This document shows, piece after piece, positions 45,356-55,435 of a stretch of DNA of 64,000 nucleotides (the first letter of the stretch is position 1; each line of letters opens with the position of its first letter). Under the pieces are notes generated by a model that worked only from the letters and a program-made list of their open reading frames with translations, did no database searches and had not been told where the DNA came from. A program made the position numbers and the translations under genes. The stretch is taken from NCBI GenBank assembly GCA_035713465.1, contig DASSZP010000056.1, forward strand, positions 9,121 to 73,120. Direction: 5' to 3'. The stretch comes from Solirubrobacteraceae bacterium (GTDB taxonomy: Bacteria; Actinomycetota; Thermoleophilia; Solirubrobacterales; Solirubrobacteraceae).

Positions 45356-47563
45356 TCATCGTGCGGGCTCGGGCGCGAGCCGCGAGCCGTGCTCGTCCGC
45401 GGGAGGGGCCGAGCGGGCCGCCTCGCCCTCCACGTTGAGGTGGGGCAGGGTCCGGTCAAGCCAGGCGGGGATCTGCCAGTTGCGCTCGCCGAGCATCATC
45501 ATCAGCGCGGGAACGAGCACCGAGCGGACGATCAGCGCGTCGAGGAACACCGCGCTGGCCAGCCCGACGCCGAACAGCTCGATGATCCGCTCCCCTCCGA
45601 GGATGAAGGAGCCGAACACGAGCACCATGATCGCCGCGGCCGCGGTGATCGTGCGCCCGGTGGCCGACAGGCCGTGCGAGACCGCCTCGGTGTTGTCCCG
45701 GCGCCGGTGCCACTCCTCGTAGACGCGGCTGATCAGGAACACCTCGTAGTCCATCGAGAGCCCGAACAGGATCGGGAACATGAGCACGGGGACGAACGTC
45801 TCGATCGGCCCCGTGGTGCCGCCCAGCCAGCCCATCTGGAAGATCCCGGTGACCACGCCGAAGGCCGCACCGGCCGAGAGCATGTTCATGATCGCCGCGG
45901 TGAGCGGGATCACCAGGCTGCGGAAGACGGCCATCAGCAGCAGGAAGCTGAGCAGCACGACGATCCCGATGAACAGCGGCAGCTTGGCCGACAGCACGTG
46001 GCTGAAGTCCTCGAAGATCGCCGTCGTGCCGCCGACCAGGACCCGCAGTCCCGACCCCTTGGTCGCGGCCGGGATCACCGTCGTGCGCACGTGGCTGAGC
46101 AGGTCGCTGGTCGACGCCGCCTGCGGCGAGCCCTTCGGGTAGACGTTGGCGATCGCCACCGTGGGCCGGCCGTGACCGGGGCGCAGGACGACGACGGGCG
46201 TCGAGCCGACCACCCCCGGCGTCGCGGCCACGGCCTCACGCGTCCGGTTGAACGCGGCCAGCTGGGCCGGGCTGTCGATCTTGGCCACCAGCTCCAGCGG
46301 GCCGTTGTAGCCGGGGCCAAAGCCCTTGGCCAGCAGGTCGTAGGCCTTGCGCGTGGTCGTGCTGCTCGCATCGGTGCCCGCATCGGCCGAGCCGAGCCGC
46401 ATCGAGAAGAACGGCACGGCGATCAGGATCATGACCAGAGCGGCGGCGGCGGCGACCACCGCGGGACGCCCGCGCACCCATGCGCTCCAGCGCGACCAGA
46501 GCGGCGATTCGGCGTTGAGCGTGTACTCGCCGGCCTTCAGGCGCCGGCGTTCGCGCCGGCTGGGGACGAGCCCGCCGCCGATCCCGAGCAGAGCGGGCAG
46601 CAGGGACAGCGCGGCGAGCATCGTGAAGGCCACGGTGACCGCGGCGGCCACGGCCACGCCGTAGAGGAAGCTCACGCCGAGCGCGAACATGCCGAGCATG
46701 GCGATGCAGACGATCGTGCCCGCGAACAGCACGGCGCGCCCCGAGGTGTCGATCGCCTCCACGGCCGACTCCTCGCGTGACAGCCCGCGGTTCAGGGCCT
46801 GCTTGTAGCGGGTGACGATGAACAGCGCGTAGTCGACGCCGACGCCCAGCCCGATGAGCAGGGCCAGCTCGTTGGAAAAGGTGGCGATGTTCATCGCGTG
46901 CGAGAGCAGCCCGACCACCGAGACCCCGGCGCCGAGCGCGATGCCGGCGGTGATCAGCGGCAGCAGCATGGCCACGAAGGACCCGAAGACGACGAACAGC
47001 ACGATCGCGGCGGCGATGAAGCCGAACATCAACCCGCTGCCCTGGTTGTTGCGGTTGCCGGCCTCGGCGATGTTGCCCTCGGCCTCGAACTCGACCCCGC
47101 CGCCGGAGGCGGAGGTGATCGTGCTGGTGAAGTGCCGGGCCTGATCGGCGGTGATCTTGTTCTGGTTGGCCGCGTTGGTGAAGGTGACGGTGGCGAACGC
47201 CACCTGCCCGCCGGGCGCGATCTGGCGGGCGCCGGCCGGCGTGTAGGGCGAGGCGACGGTCGAGATGTCGGGCAGCGTCGTGAGCTTGGCGAACAGCCGC
47301 TCAGCGCGGGCGCGCACCGCCGGATCGGTGACCTGGCCCTGCTTGACGGCGATCACCAGCTGGTCGCTCTCGCCCGACGCGCGCGGGTTTGAGTGCTGCA
47401 GCAGGCGGATGGCGTCAAAGCTGCCGGTATGGGGCAGCTTGAAGTTGTCCGTGTAGGCGCTGCCGGCGGCGGAGTGGATCGCCACCAGTGCGGCGAGGCC
47501 GACGATCCAGCCGGCGAAAGTTATCCAGTGGTGGCGAAAGCACCACGAGGCCATTCTTCTCAT
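45356..47563 (-). CDS. MMPL-family (RND) transporter
   Basis: GLGVGVDYALFIVTRY, FGLSMDYEVFLISRVYEE, GRTITAAAAIM. Confidence 0.95.
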   Translation of the reverse strand: MRRMASWCFRHHWITFAGWIVGLAALVAIHSAAGSAYTDNFKLPHTGSFDAIRLLQHSNPRASGESDQLVIAVKQGQVTDPAVRARAERLFAKLTTLPDISTVASPYTPAGARQIAPGGQVAFATVTFTNAANQNKITADQARHFTSTITSASGGGVEFEAEGNIAEAGNRNNQGSGLMFGFIAAAIVLFVVFGSFVAMLLPLITAGIALGAGVSVVGLLSHAMNIATFSNELALLIGLGVGVDYALFIVTRYKQALNRGLSREESAVEAIDTSGRAVLFAGTIVCIAMLGMFALGVSFLYGVAVAAAVTVAFTMLAALSLLPALLGIGGGLVPSRRERRRLKAGEYTLNAESPLWSRWSAWVRGRPAVVAAAAALVMILIAVPFFSMRLGSADAGTDASSTTTRKAYDLLAKGFGPGYNGPLELVAKIDSPAQLAAFNRTREAVAATPGVVGSTPVVVLRPGHGRPTVAIANVYPKGSPQAASTSDLLSHVRTTVIPAATKGSGLRVLVGGTTAIFEDFSHVLSAKLPLFIGIVVLLSFLLLMAVFRSLVIPLTAAIMNMLSAGAAFGVVTGIFQMGWLGGTTGPIETFVPVLMFPILFGLSMDYEVFLISRVYEEWHRRRDNTEAVSHGLSATGRTITAAAAIMVLVFGSFILGGERIIELFGVGLASAVFLDALIVRSVLVPALMMMLGERNWQIPAWLDRTLPHLNVEGEAARSAPPADEHGSRLAPEPAR

Positions 47564-47645
47564 TGCTCGTTCACCTCGTTAGATCCATGAGCGCCGCAGC
47601 GTAGGTCGGCGCGGTCGCGGTCGTAAGTGCCGCCGGGCCGAAATG

Positions 47646-47667
47646 CGCCGTGACAAATGTCACGGCG
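47646..47667. promoter_or_regulatory. Palindrome CGCCGTGACA-aa-TGTCACGGCG upstream of the MMPL gene
   Basis: Perfect 10-bp arms in the divergent MMPL/NUDIX intergenic region. Confidence 0.7.
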
Positions 47668-47733
47668 GCACCGGTCCGGGTCGCATTCAAGCGCGTTGGC
47701 TTGACAGTTCTGTGAAAGATTGAGGACCACGTC

Positions 47734-48234
47734 ATGACATACCGAGCGAGCTCCCGAAAATCATCGGTCCAGAGCGCCGGGCTGCTCCTGTACCGCGGGA
47801 CCGGCGAGGCGCTGGAGGTGCTGCTCGTCCATCCCGGAGGCCCGTTCTGGGCCCGGCGCGATGCCGGCGTGTGGTCGATTCCCAAGGGCGAGACCGTGCC
47901 CGGGGAGGACCCGTTGGCCGCCGCGCGGCGGGAGTTCGCCGAGGAGCTCGGATCGCCGGCGCCCGCGGGCGAACCGATCGCGCTGGGAGACATCCGCCAG
48001 AAGTCCGGCAAGCGGGTGACGGCGTGGGCGCTGGCCGGGGATCTCGACCCCGAGACGGTGCGCAGCAACACCTTCACGATGCAATGGCCGCCGAAGTCCG
48101 GGCGCCAGGCCGAGTTTCCCGAGGTCGACCGGGCGGGCTGGTTCTCGCTCGGCGACGCGCGCGAGAAGCTGATCCCCGCCCAGGCCGAGCTGCTGGATCG
48201 GCTGGCCGCCGCGCTGTCGGGGGGCGGTCGGTGA
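47734..48234 (+). CDS. NUDIX hydrolase
   Basis: SAGLLLYR, VHPGGPFW, WSIPKGE...AARREFAEELG Nudix box, FPEVDRAGWF. Confidence 0.92.
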   Translation: MTYRASSRKSSVQSAGLLLYRGTGEALEVLLVHPGGPFWARRDAGVWSIPKGETVPGEDPLAAARREFAEELGSPAPAGEPIALGDIRQKSGKRVTAWALAGDLDPETVRSNTFTMQWPPKSGRQAEFPEVDRAGWFSLGDAREKLIPAQAELLDRLAAALSGGGR

Positions 48235-48288
48235 GCGCGGACACGATCAGCCCGGGGGGCGGTCGGTGAGCTCGGAGACGATCAGCCC
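48219..48288. repeat. 35-bp tandem duplication of the NUDIX-stop/methyltransferase-start junction
   Basis: ggggggcggtcggtgagc(g/t)cgga(c/g)acgatcagccc occurs twice. Confidence 0.9.
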
Positions 48289-49081
48289 CACCGCGCACTA
48301 CACCGGGCACGTGTGGGCGCGCCACGGCCTCTCGCACCCGGCCCTGGACACGGCCGAGGGCCGCGTGCTGTTCGGCCTGCTGCGGCCGGCCACCGCGCTC
48401 AGCCAGGCCGTCGGCGGCCCCTCGCTGGAGGGCTACCTGCTCGCCCGTCATGCGGCCATCGACGCGCGGCTCAAGGACGCGATCGCGGCGGGGACGGTCG
48501 CCCAGGTGGTCGAGATCGCGGCCGGCATGTCGCCGCGGGGCTGGCGCTTCACCACCCGCGACGGGGGCCCGCTGACCTACGTCGAGGCCGACCTGCCGGC
48601 GATGGCGGCCCGCAAGCGCAGGGCGCTTGCGCGGATCGGCAGCCTCGGGCCCCAGCACCGGGTCGTCGATCTGGACGCCCTGCGCGACGGCGGCCCGGGC
48701 AGCCTGCCCGCGCTGGCCGCAGAGCTTGACCGCGACCAGGGCGTGGCCGTCATCACCGAGGGGCTGACCGGTTACCTGGCCCCGGCGGACCTGGCCGGTC
48801 TGTGGCGGCGCATCGCCGCCTTCCTGGACGGCTTCCCGCGCGGGCTCTACATCTCCGACCTGCACCTCGGCGGCACGCCGCCGCCCGAGGTCCGCGTCTT
48901 CCGGCTGCTGCTCTCGGCCTTCGTGCGCGGCGGCGTGTACCTGCACTTCGCCGATGCCGCGGCGGCGCAGGCGGCGCTGCGCGAGGCCGGCTTCGCTCGC
49001 GCCGGGGTCGTGCCCGCCCGGGGACCCGGTTCGGGCCGCGGGGAGACGGCGCATATACTTGAGGCGTCAACGATTACGTGA
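48266..49081 (+). CDS. Class I SAM-dependent methyltransferase (LCM-like)
   Basis: ISPTAHYTG, VVEIAAGMSPRG, YVEADLP, VITEGLTGYL. Confidence 0.85.
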   Translation: MSSETISPTAHYTGHVWARHGLSHPALDTAEGRVLFGLLRPATALSQAVGGPSLEGYLLARHAAIDARLKDAIAAGTVAQVVEIAAGMSPRGWRFTTRDGGPLTYVEADLPAMAARKRRALARIGSLGPQHRVVDLDALRDGGPGSLPALAAELDRDQGVAVITEGLTGYLAPADLAGLWRRIAAFLDGFPRGLYISDLHLGGTPPPEVRVFRLLLSAFVRGGVYLHFADAAAAQAALREAGFARAGVVPARGPGSGRGETAHILEASTIT

Positions 49082-49089
49082 GGCTGCCG

Positions 49090-50010
49090 ATGATCCACGC
49101 CACGCACTACTCCGACCCGGGCTGCCCCTGGGCCTATTCCGCCAGCCCCGCCCTGCGCGTCCTGGAATGGCGCTACCGCGACCAGCTCGACTGGCAACTG
49201 GTCGTCATCGGGCTCACCGAGGACGCGCAGCAGTACGTCGATCGCGGCTACACGCCCCTGCGCGGCGCCCTGGGCCAGCTGAGCTTTCGCCGCTTCGGGA
49301 TGCCGTTTGCGCCCGCGCCCAAGCCGCGGGTGAGCGCCACCGCCCGCGCCTGCCGCGCGATCGTGGCCACCCGCCTGGCGCATCCGGGGCGCGAGCACGA
49401 CGTCTTCCGCACGCTGCAGCTGACCAACTTCACCACCGACCTCGTGCTCGAGGACGACGATCAGCTGCGCGAGGTGCTGGCCCGGATCCCCGGGATCGAT
49501 GCCGCCGCGGTGATCGGCGCCCTGGACTCTCCCGAGGTCGATGAGGCCTACCAGGCCGACCGGGCCGCGGCCCGACGCGCCGCCGGCACGTCCGCCGAGC
49601 GCCAGGGCAAGACGGCGCAGACCGATGGGCCCGTGCGCTACACCGCGCCGTCGGTCGTCTTCCGGCGCGGGGAGACCGAGCTGGTCGCCGGGGGCTTTCA
49701 GCCCGTCGAGGCCTACGACGTGATCATCACCAACCTCGACCCGTCGCTCGAGCGCCACGAGCCGCCGCAGGATCCGGCCGTGCTGCTCGACCACTTCCCC
49801 ACCGGGCTGACCACCCAGGAGGTCGCGGCGCTGCTGACCCACGGCAACGACGCGCCGGATCGCGCGGCCGCCGAGGCCGCGTTGATCGAGCTGGTCGCCG
49901 ACGGCCGGGCCACGCGGCTCGCCCTCGGCGATGACGCGCTGTGGCTGGCCGGCACCGACGCCGTCAGTCCGGCGGTGCCGGCGGCGGCGGCCGTGTCGCT
50001 GGTGGGCTGA
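49090..50010 (+). CDS. DsbA/FrnE-like thioredoxin-fold protein with C-terminal extension
   Basis: YSDPGCPWAY (CxxA); YTAPS cis-Pro motif; helical C-terminal extension. Confidence 0.75.
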   Translation: MIHATHYSDPGCPWAYSASPALRVLEWRYRDQLDWQLVVIGLTEDAQQYVDRGYTPLRGALGQLSFRRFGMPFAPAPKPRVSATARACRAIVATRLAHPGREHDVFRTLQLTNFTTDLVLEDDDQLREVLARIPGIDAAAVIGALDSPEVDEAYQADRAAARRAAGTSAERQGKTAQTDGPVRYTAPSVVFRRGETELVAGGFQPVEAYDVIITNLDPSLERHEPPQDPAVLLDHFPTGLTTQEVAALLTHGNDAPDRAAAEAALIELVADGRATRLALGDDALWLAGTDAVSPAVPAAAAVSLVG

Positions 50011-50079
50011 GCGCCGGACGAGGGTCCGCGCGGATGCGGCGCAGCGTGAGCTCACGGTGCGCCGTGCCGCGCCGCGCGC

Positions 50080-51294
50080 CTACAGCCAGGGGTTGACGGC
50101 CAGCTCCCGGGCGACCGCCTCGGTGACCTGCAGCGCCGCGCGCACCGTGCGGTAATCGAGGTTCTCCGGGGTGTCGCTCATCTGGTGGTAGTTGGACAGC
50201 GCCTTGTAACGGTCCAGCGAGCACAGGGTCGCGGTCGGGTACCCGGCGCGGCTGGGGATCACCGCGTCGGTGGAGTTGCGCGCGCGCATGCCGCGGCGCA
50301 TCGGCACCCCGGCGCGCTCGGCGCAGCGGGCGACGAGATCGCGGAAGTCGCGGTCGTGGTAGTCCTCCATCACCACCGGGCCCTCGCCCTCGAGCATGAC
50401 CAGCTTGGGCGAGCCGACGGTCTCGAGGTTGAGAAACCAGGTGCGAGTCCGGTGAAGCGAGGCGAAGTGGCGCTCGGCGAAGCCGTAGATGCCGCCCTGC
50501 ACGACCTCCTCGGCGCCGCACGAGGCCAGGATCACCCGCAGACCCCCGATCGGCTCGGCGGCCAGCCGTTCGGCCAGCGCGACCTGCACCGCCACCGCAC
50601 TGAGGTTGTCGTTGGCGCCGGGCACGATCTCGGCCCGGGCGATGTCCTCGAAGGTGGCCACGCCGACCGCCGAGGCGACCATCCCCGCGGTGATCATCCC
50701 GCGCCGGTCGCGCAGCGCGCCCAGCCCGACGAGCCCGGGGGCGGCCATCAGCGCCCACCACAGGGGCAGCGAGGTGTCGATCCGCTCCAGGAGGCCGGGG
50801 AAGCGATCGCCGAGCCAGACCTGGACGCGGTCATCGAAGATCGCCCCGGTGGGGGCGGCGTCATGGTGCGCGAGCACGACCAGCGTGCGCTCGGCGCCCG
50901 TGTCCCCGCAGGTGCCGACGACGTTGTGGGTCGTGCGCCGCGCGGCGGCGGCGCGGCGGAACAGGCGCGGACCGTTGGAGATGTCATCGGCGATCAGGCC
51001 GGTGAGCGCGGCGGCGATCAGCCCGGCGGCGCGCCGGCGGCGCGAACCGGTGGCGCGGCCGGGCCAGGCCAGCGAGCCGGCGGCCAGGCTGGCCGCGGCC
51101 AGCGGTGACATGACCCGCGCGTACCCGTCCAGGAACTCGGCCTCCTGCACCTCGGCCGGACAGCCGGCGCGCTGCAGCCGCTCGGCGATCCAGGCCGCGG
51201 CCTGCTGCTCGCCCGGGGAGCCGGCCGCGCGCCGCAGGCCGGCGAGCGCATCGACGACCTCGCGCAGCGTCCCCTCGGTGGCCGCGACATTCAC
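50080..51294 (-). CDS. M28-family peptidase, membrane-associated
   Basis: [35 protein letters not shown]; internal hydrophobic segments; GTGA overlap with the thiolase. Confidence 0.85.
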   Translation of the reverse strand: MNVAATEGTLREVVDALAGLRRAAGSPGEQQAAAWIAERLQRAGCPAEVQEAEFLDGYARVMSPLAAASLAAGSLAWPGRATGSRRRRAAGLIAAALTGLIADDISNGPRLFRRAAAARRTTHNVVGTCGDTGAERTLVVLAHHDAAPTGAIFDDRVQVWLGDRFPGLLERIDTSLPLWWALMAAPGLVGLGALRDRRGMITAGMVASAVGVATFEDIARAEIVPGANDNLSAVAVQVALAERLAAEPIGGLRVILASCGAEEVVQGGIYGFAERHFASLHRTRTWFLNLETVGSPKLVMLEGEGPVVMEDYHDRDFRDLVARCAERAGVPMRRGMRARNSTDAVIPSRAGYPTATLCSLDRYKALSNYHQMSDTPENLDYRTVRAALQVTEAVARELAVNPWL

Positions 51295-52505
51295 GGGGTC
51301 ACACGCTCGAACACGGCGGCCAGCCCCTGCCCGCCGCCGATGCACATCGTCTCAAGGCCCCAACGGCCCTCGCGGCGTTCGAGCTCGCGCAGCAGCGTGG
51401 TCAGGATGCGCGCGCCGGTGGCGCCGATCGGGTGCCCGAGCGAGATGCCCGAGCCATGGACGTTGACGCGTTCCAGGCCGTCGTGCAGATCCCACTCGCG
51501 CAGGACCGCGAGGGCCTGGGCGGCGAACGCCTCGTTGAGCTCGATCAGGTCCAGGTCGTCCAGGCTCAGCCCGAGCCGGCCCAGGACGCGGGCGGTGGCC
51601 GGGACGGGACCGATCCCCATCGTGCGCGGGGGCACGCCCGCCACGGCCCAGCCGGCCAGCCGGGCCAGCGGGCGCAGCCCGAGCTCGGCCGCCCGCTCGG
51701 CGTGGGTGACGATGCAGACCGCGGCGCCGTCGTTCTGGCCGCTGGCGTTGCCGGCCGTCACCGTCGCCTCGGGGTCCTTGCGGCCCATCACCGGCCGCAG
51801 CGCGGCCAGGCTCTGCAGGGTGGCGTCGGCGCGGGGGTGCTCGTCGCGATCGATCGTGCGGGCGCCGTTCTTGCGATCGCGCACCTCGACGCCGACGATC
51901 TCCTGGGCGAAGGTCCCGTCGTTCTGGGCCGCGACGGCGCGCTGGTGGGAGCGCAGAGCGAGCTCGTCCTGCTCCTCGCGCGGGATCGCGTACTCGCGGC
52001 GCAGGTTCTCCGCCGTCTCGATCATGCCGCCGGGCACCGGGTGAAGCGTTCCGCCGGCGGTGACCCGCCCGCGCTGCAGCCGGTCCTCGAACATCGCCCC
52101 GCCCGAGCGCGCGCCCCAGCGGACCGCGGTCGAGTAGTGCTCGGTCTGGCTCATGCTCTCCGCGCCGCCGGCCAGGACGAGATCGGCGACGCCGGTCTGG
52201 ACCTGCATCGCGCCGTCGATCACCGCCTGCAGCCCGGAGCCGCAGCGCCGGTCGACCTGCAGGCCGGGGATCTCGACCGGTAGGCCCGCGTCCAGCGCGG
52301 CCACGCGGCCCAGGGCGGGCGCCTCCCCGTTGGCGTAGGCCTGGCCGAGCAGCACGTCGTCGACGGCGTGCGCGGGTATGCCCGTGCGCTCGAGCACCGC
52401 GGCGATCACGGTCGTGGCCAGCTCGGTGACCGGCACCTCGCGGAAGATCCCGCCGAAGCGGCCCACCGGGGTGCGCAGGGGCTCGCAGATCAAGGCCTCT
52501 CGCAT
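51291..52505 (-). CDS. Acetyl-CoA C-acetyltransferase (thiolase)
   Basis: [52 protein letters not shown]. Confidence 0.95.
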   Translation of the reverse strand: MREALICEPLRTPVGRFGGIFREVPVTELATTVIAAVLERTGIPAHAVDDVLLGQAYANGEAPALGRVAALDAGLPVEIPGLQVDRRCGSGLQAVIDGAMQVQTGVADLVLAGGAESMSQTEHYSTAVRWGARSGGAMFEDRLQRGRVTAGGTLHPVPGGMIETAENLRREYAIPREEQDELALRSHQRAVAAQNDGTFAQEIVGVEVRDRKNGARTIDRDEHPRADATLQSLAALRPVMGRKDPEATVTAGNASGQNDGAAVCIVTHAERAAELGLRPLARLAGWAVAGVPPRTMGIGPVPATARVLGRLGLSLDDLDLIELNEAFAAQALAVLREWDLHDGLERVNVHGSGISLGHPIGATGARILTTLLRELERREGRWGLETMCIGGGQGLAAVFERVTP

Positions 52506-52527
52506 CCGGCGACGCAGGTTAACCCTC

Positions 52528-52558
52528 TTGACTCTGACGCGACGTGAGGCTCTACGGT
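52528..52558 (+). promoter_or_regulatory. MerR-type promoter TTGACT-19bp-TACGGT with internal dyad
   Basis: 19-bp spacer typical of MerR promoters; imperfect dyad CTgACG-cga-CGTgAG. Confidence 0.8.
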
Positions 52559-52565
52559 GGCGCTC

Positions 52566-53330
52566 ATGCGCACGGTCAAGAGCGTCGCGGAACTCACCGG
52601 AGTGTCGATCCGCACGCTGCATCATTACGACGCGCTGGGCCTGCTCGAGCCCAGCGGCCGCACTGAGGCGGGGTACCGCCTCTATGACCACGCCGACCTC
52701 GAGCGGCTGCAGGAGATCCTCGTCTGGCGCCAGCTCGGGTTCTCGCTGGCCGAGATCGCGGAACTGCTCGATGACCCCGGGCACGACCGCGGCGCGGCCC
52801 TGCGCCGCCAGCGCGAGCTGATCGGCGGTGAGATCGAACGCCTGCAGGCGACGGCGCTCGCGCTGGACGCGGCGCTGGCCGCGCGCAACCACGGAACGCC
52901 AGCCAAGGAGGAAACGATGTTCGAGGGCTTTGACCCCAGCCGGTACGAGGCGGAGGCCCGCCAGCGGTGGGGCGACACCGACGCCTATCGTGAGTCGGCG
53001 CGGCGCACCGCGGGCTACGGCGAGGCCGAGTGGGCGCAGATCCGCGCGCAGGCGCAGGCCAACGTCGACGCGCTGGCCGCCGCGATGGCCGCCGGCGAGC
53101 CGGCCGACGGTGAGCGCGCCCGGTCACTGGCGCAGGAGCACCGCGCGCACATCTCGCGCTGGTTCTATCCCGTCAGCCCGGCCATGCACCGCAACCTGGC
53201 CGAGATGTACGTGGCCGATCCGCGGTTCACCGCCAGCTACGAGCAGGTCGCCCCGGGGCTGGCCGCCTACGTGCGCGCGGCGATCCTCGCCAACGCCGAC
53301 TCCGTCGAGGCGCTCACGCCTGGATCGTGA
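52566..53330 (+). CDS. tipA: MerR-family regulator with TipAS antibiotic-recognition domain
   Basis: [15 protein letters not shown]...GYRLY; C-terminal [18 protein letters not shown]; ATG 52566 lies 7 nt after the -10 box. Confidence 0.85.
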   Translation: MRTVKSVAELTGVSIRTLHHYDALGLLEPSGRTEAGYRLYDHADLERLQEILVWRQLGFSLAEIAELLDDPGHDRGAALRRQRELIGGEIERLQATALALDAALAARNHGTPAKEETMFEGFDPSRYEAEARQRWGDTDAYRESARRTAGYGEAEWAQIRAQAQANVDALAAAMAAGEPADGERARSLAQEHRAHISRWFYPVSPAMHRNLAEMYVADPRFTASYEQVAPGLAAYVRAAILANADSVEALTPGS

Positions 53331-53907
53331 TGTGCCCGGGACGCTCGGCCACCCGGGCCAGCCAGGCCCGGACGGCCGGGTAGTCCCGCAGCGCGAAACC
53401 ACCCTCCTCGGCCACGTGGACGTAGCCGTAGAGGGCGATGTCGGCGATCGAGTAGCGCTCGCCGACCAGGAAGCGGTGGCGGCCGAGGTGGCGCTGAAGC
53501 GCGGCCAGGGCCTTGTGCCCGCCCTCGAGCTTGGCCGCGCCGACCTCGTCGGACACCGGGATCCCGGCCAGCGTCCAGAAGCGCATCACGGCCAGGTTGG
53601 GCTCGAGGTCGTACTGCTCGAAGAACGTCCACTGCAGCACCTGCGCGCGCTCGAACCGGTCGCCGGGCAGGTACTCGGTCCCCTCGGCGAAGTAGAACAG
53701 GATGGCGCCGGACTCGGCCAGCGAGCGCCCGTCGTCCAGGACGAGCGTGGGCACGCGCAGGGCGGGGTTCAGATCGCCGATCAGCGCGGGCCGGTTGGTG
53801 CGGTCGACCGGATCCAGCTCGTGGCGCTCGTACTCGATGCCGAGCAGGGCGAAGAGCAGGCGGACCTTGTAGCAGTTGCCCGACCAGCCGCTGTCGAACA
53901 GAAGCAT
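53314..53907 (-). CDS. Glutathione S-transferase family protein
   Basis: SGNCYKVRL, NPALRVPTL, ESGAILFY, YSIADIALYGY. Confidence 0.9.
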   Translation of the reverse strand: MLLFDSGWSGNCYKVRLLFALLGIEYERHELDPVDRTNRPALIGDLNPALRVPTLVLDDGRSLAESGAILFYFAEGTEYLPGDRFERAQVLQWTFFEQYDLEPNLAVMRFWTLAGIPVSDEVGAAKLEGGHKALAALQRHLGRHRFLVGERYSIADIALYGYVHVAEEGGFALRDYPAVRAWLARVAERPGHITIQA

Positions 53908-53932
53908 CGCGGCCGGAGACTACCCTGCGGCG

Positions 53933-55435
53933 ATGACCCCGCGACCGATCGTGCTGCGGGTCGTGGTGTTCGTGGTCGGGGGCGCGAGTCTCGGTGCCGA
54001 GATCGCCGCGGCACGGCTGCTCGCGCCCTACTTCGGCGCCTCGACGATCATCTGGGCCAACACGATCGCGACCGTGCTGCTCGCCCTGTCGGCCGGCTAC
54101 GCGGTCGGGGGACGGATCGCCGACCGGCGCGGCGACCTGGCCGGGCTGTGCGCGATCGTGCTCGCCGCCGCCGTGCTGCTGGCCATCGTGCCGTTCGTCT
54201 CCGGGCCGTTCCTGCGGCTCTCGGTCTCGGCCCTGGGCTCGCTCTCGGTCGGCGCCTTCCTGGGCTCGCTGGCCGCCGTGCTCGTGCTCGTCGCGGTCCC
54301 GGTGATGCTGCTCGGCACCGTCGCGCCGTACGCCAACCGCCTGATGGTCTCAAGCGTCGCCGCCACCGGCCGGACGACCGGCGGCCTGTACGCCGTCTCC
54401 ACGATCGGCTCGCTGGCCGGGACGTTCCTCTCCGCGCTGCTGCTGATCCCGCTGATCGGGACCCACCGGACGTTTCTCGTGTTCGCGCTCGCCCTGGCCC
54501 TGGTCGCCGTGCTCGGTCTCGGACGCGTGCGGTTCGTCGTGGTGCCGCTGGTGATCGCGGCCGCGCTGGCGGTGCCCCCGGCGGCGATCGGCGCGGACGT
54601 GGCCGGCGGCCGGGTCATCTACGAGACCGAGACCCAATACCAGTATGCGCGGGTCATCCAGTTTCACGACGGCACCCGCTGGCTGCAGCTCAACGAGGGC
54701 GTGGCGGTGCACTCGCTCTATCACCCCGGCTCCTTCCTCACCGGCGGCTACTGGGACGACCCGCTCGTCCTGCCCGAGGCCGCGGGCTTCGGTCCCCCGC
54801 GGCGGATCGCCATCCTCGGCGACGCGGCGGGCACGATCGCCCGCGCGTACGGGCACTACTTCCCGCAGACCCGGGTCGACGCGGTCGAGCTGGACGGTGA
54901 GCTGACGCGGATCGGCCGTGAGTACTTCCACCTCGGCGGCCCGCGGCTGCACACCTACACCGCCGACGCCCGCCCGTGGCTTGAGAACAGCCACGCGCGC
55001 TACGACGCGATCGTGCTCGACGCCTACCGCCAGCCCTACATCCCCTTCTACCTGATCACGCGCGAGTTCTTCGCCCTGGCCCGCCGCCATTTGACTCCGC
55101 GAGGGATGCTGATCGTCAACGTCGGGCACCTGCCGGGCTCAGACGCGCTGGAGAAGGTGGTCTCGGCCACCCTGCGCGCGGCCTTCCCCGTCGTCGTCCG
55201 CGACCCGTTCAGCCCCGACAACTCGCTGGTGATGGCCTCGGCGCGCCCGCTCACCGCGGCGGCGCTGCAGCGGGCGGCGCCGTCGCTGCCGGCCGACCTG
55301 ACCGGCATCGGCGCCGCGGTGGCGGGCCGCCTGGCCCCGGCGCTGCGCGGCGGCCCGGTCTACACCGACGATCTGTCCCCGGTCGAGTGGCTGACCGACC
55401 TGTCGATCATCCGCTACGCGACGGGGACGCGCTGA
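53933..55435 (+). CDS. Fused membrane domain / spermidine synthase-like methyltransferase
   Basis: N-terminal TMs (RLLAPYFGAS, STIGSLAGTF); C-terminal VELDG, ADAR, IVLDAY, YTDD. Confidence 0.85.
   Translation: MTPRPIVLRVVVFVVGGASLGAEIAAARLLAPYFGASTIIWANTIATVLLALSAGYAVGGRIADRRGDLAGLCAIVLAAAVLLAIVPFVSGPFLRLSVSALGSLSVGAFLGSLAAVLVLVAVPVMLLGTVAPYANRLMVSSVAATGRTTGGLYAVSTIGSLAGTFLSALLLIPLIGTHRTFLVFALALALVAVLGLGRVRFVVVPLVIAAALAVPPAAIGADVAGGRVIYETETQYQYARVIQFHDGTRWLQLNEGVAVHSLYHPGSFLTGGYWDDPLVLPEAAGFGPPRRIAILGDAAGTIARAYGHYFPQTRVDAVELDGELTRIGREYFHLGGPRLHTYTADARPWLENSHARYDAIVLDAYRQPYIPFYLITREFFALARRHLTPRGMLIVNVGHLPGSDALEKVVSATLRAAFPVVVRDPFSPDNSLVMASARPLTAAALQRAAPSLPADLTGIGAAVAGRLAPALRGGPVYTDDLSPVEWLTDLSIIRYATGTR

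Noticed and set aside
2205-54900. Many long alternative-frame or antisense ORFs (e.g. 2205-4040 -, 9564-11276 -, 35856-37901 +, 39935-41923 -, 52828-54900 +)
   Set aside because: Shadow ORFs expected at this GC content; Arg/Gly/Pro-rich, motif-free and overlapping well-supported genes
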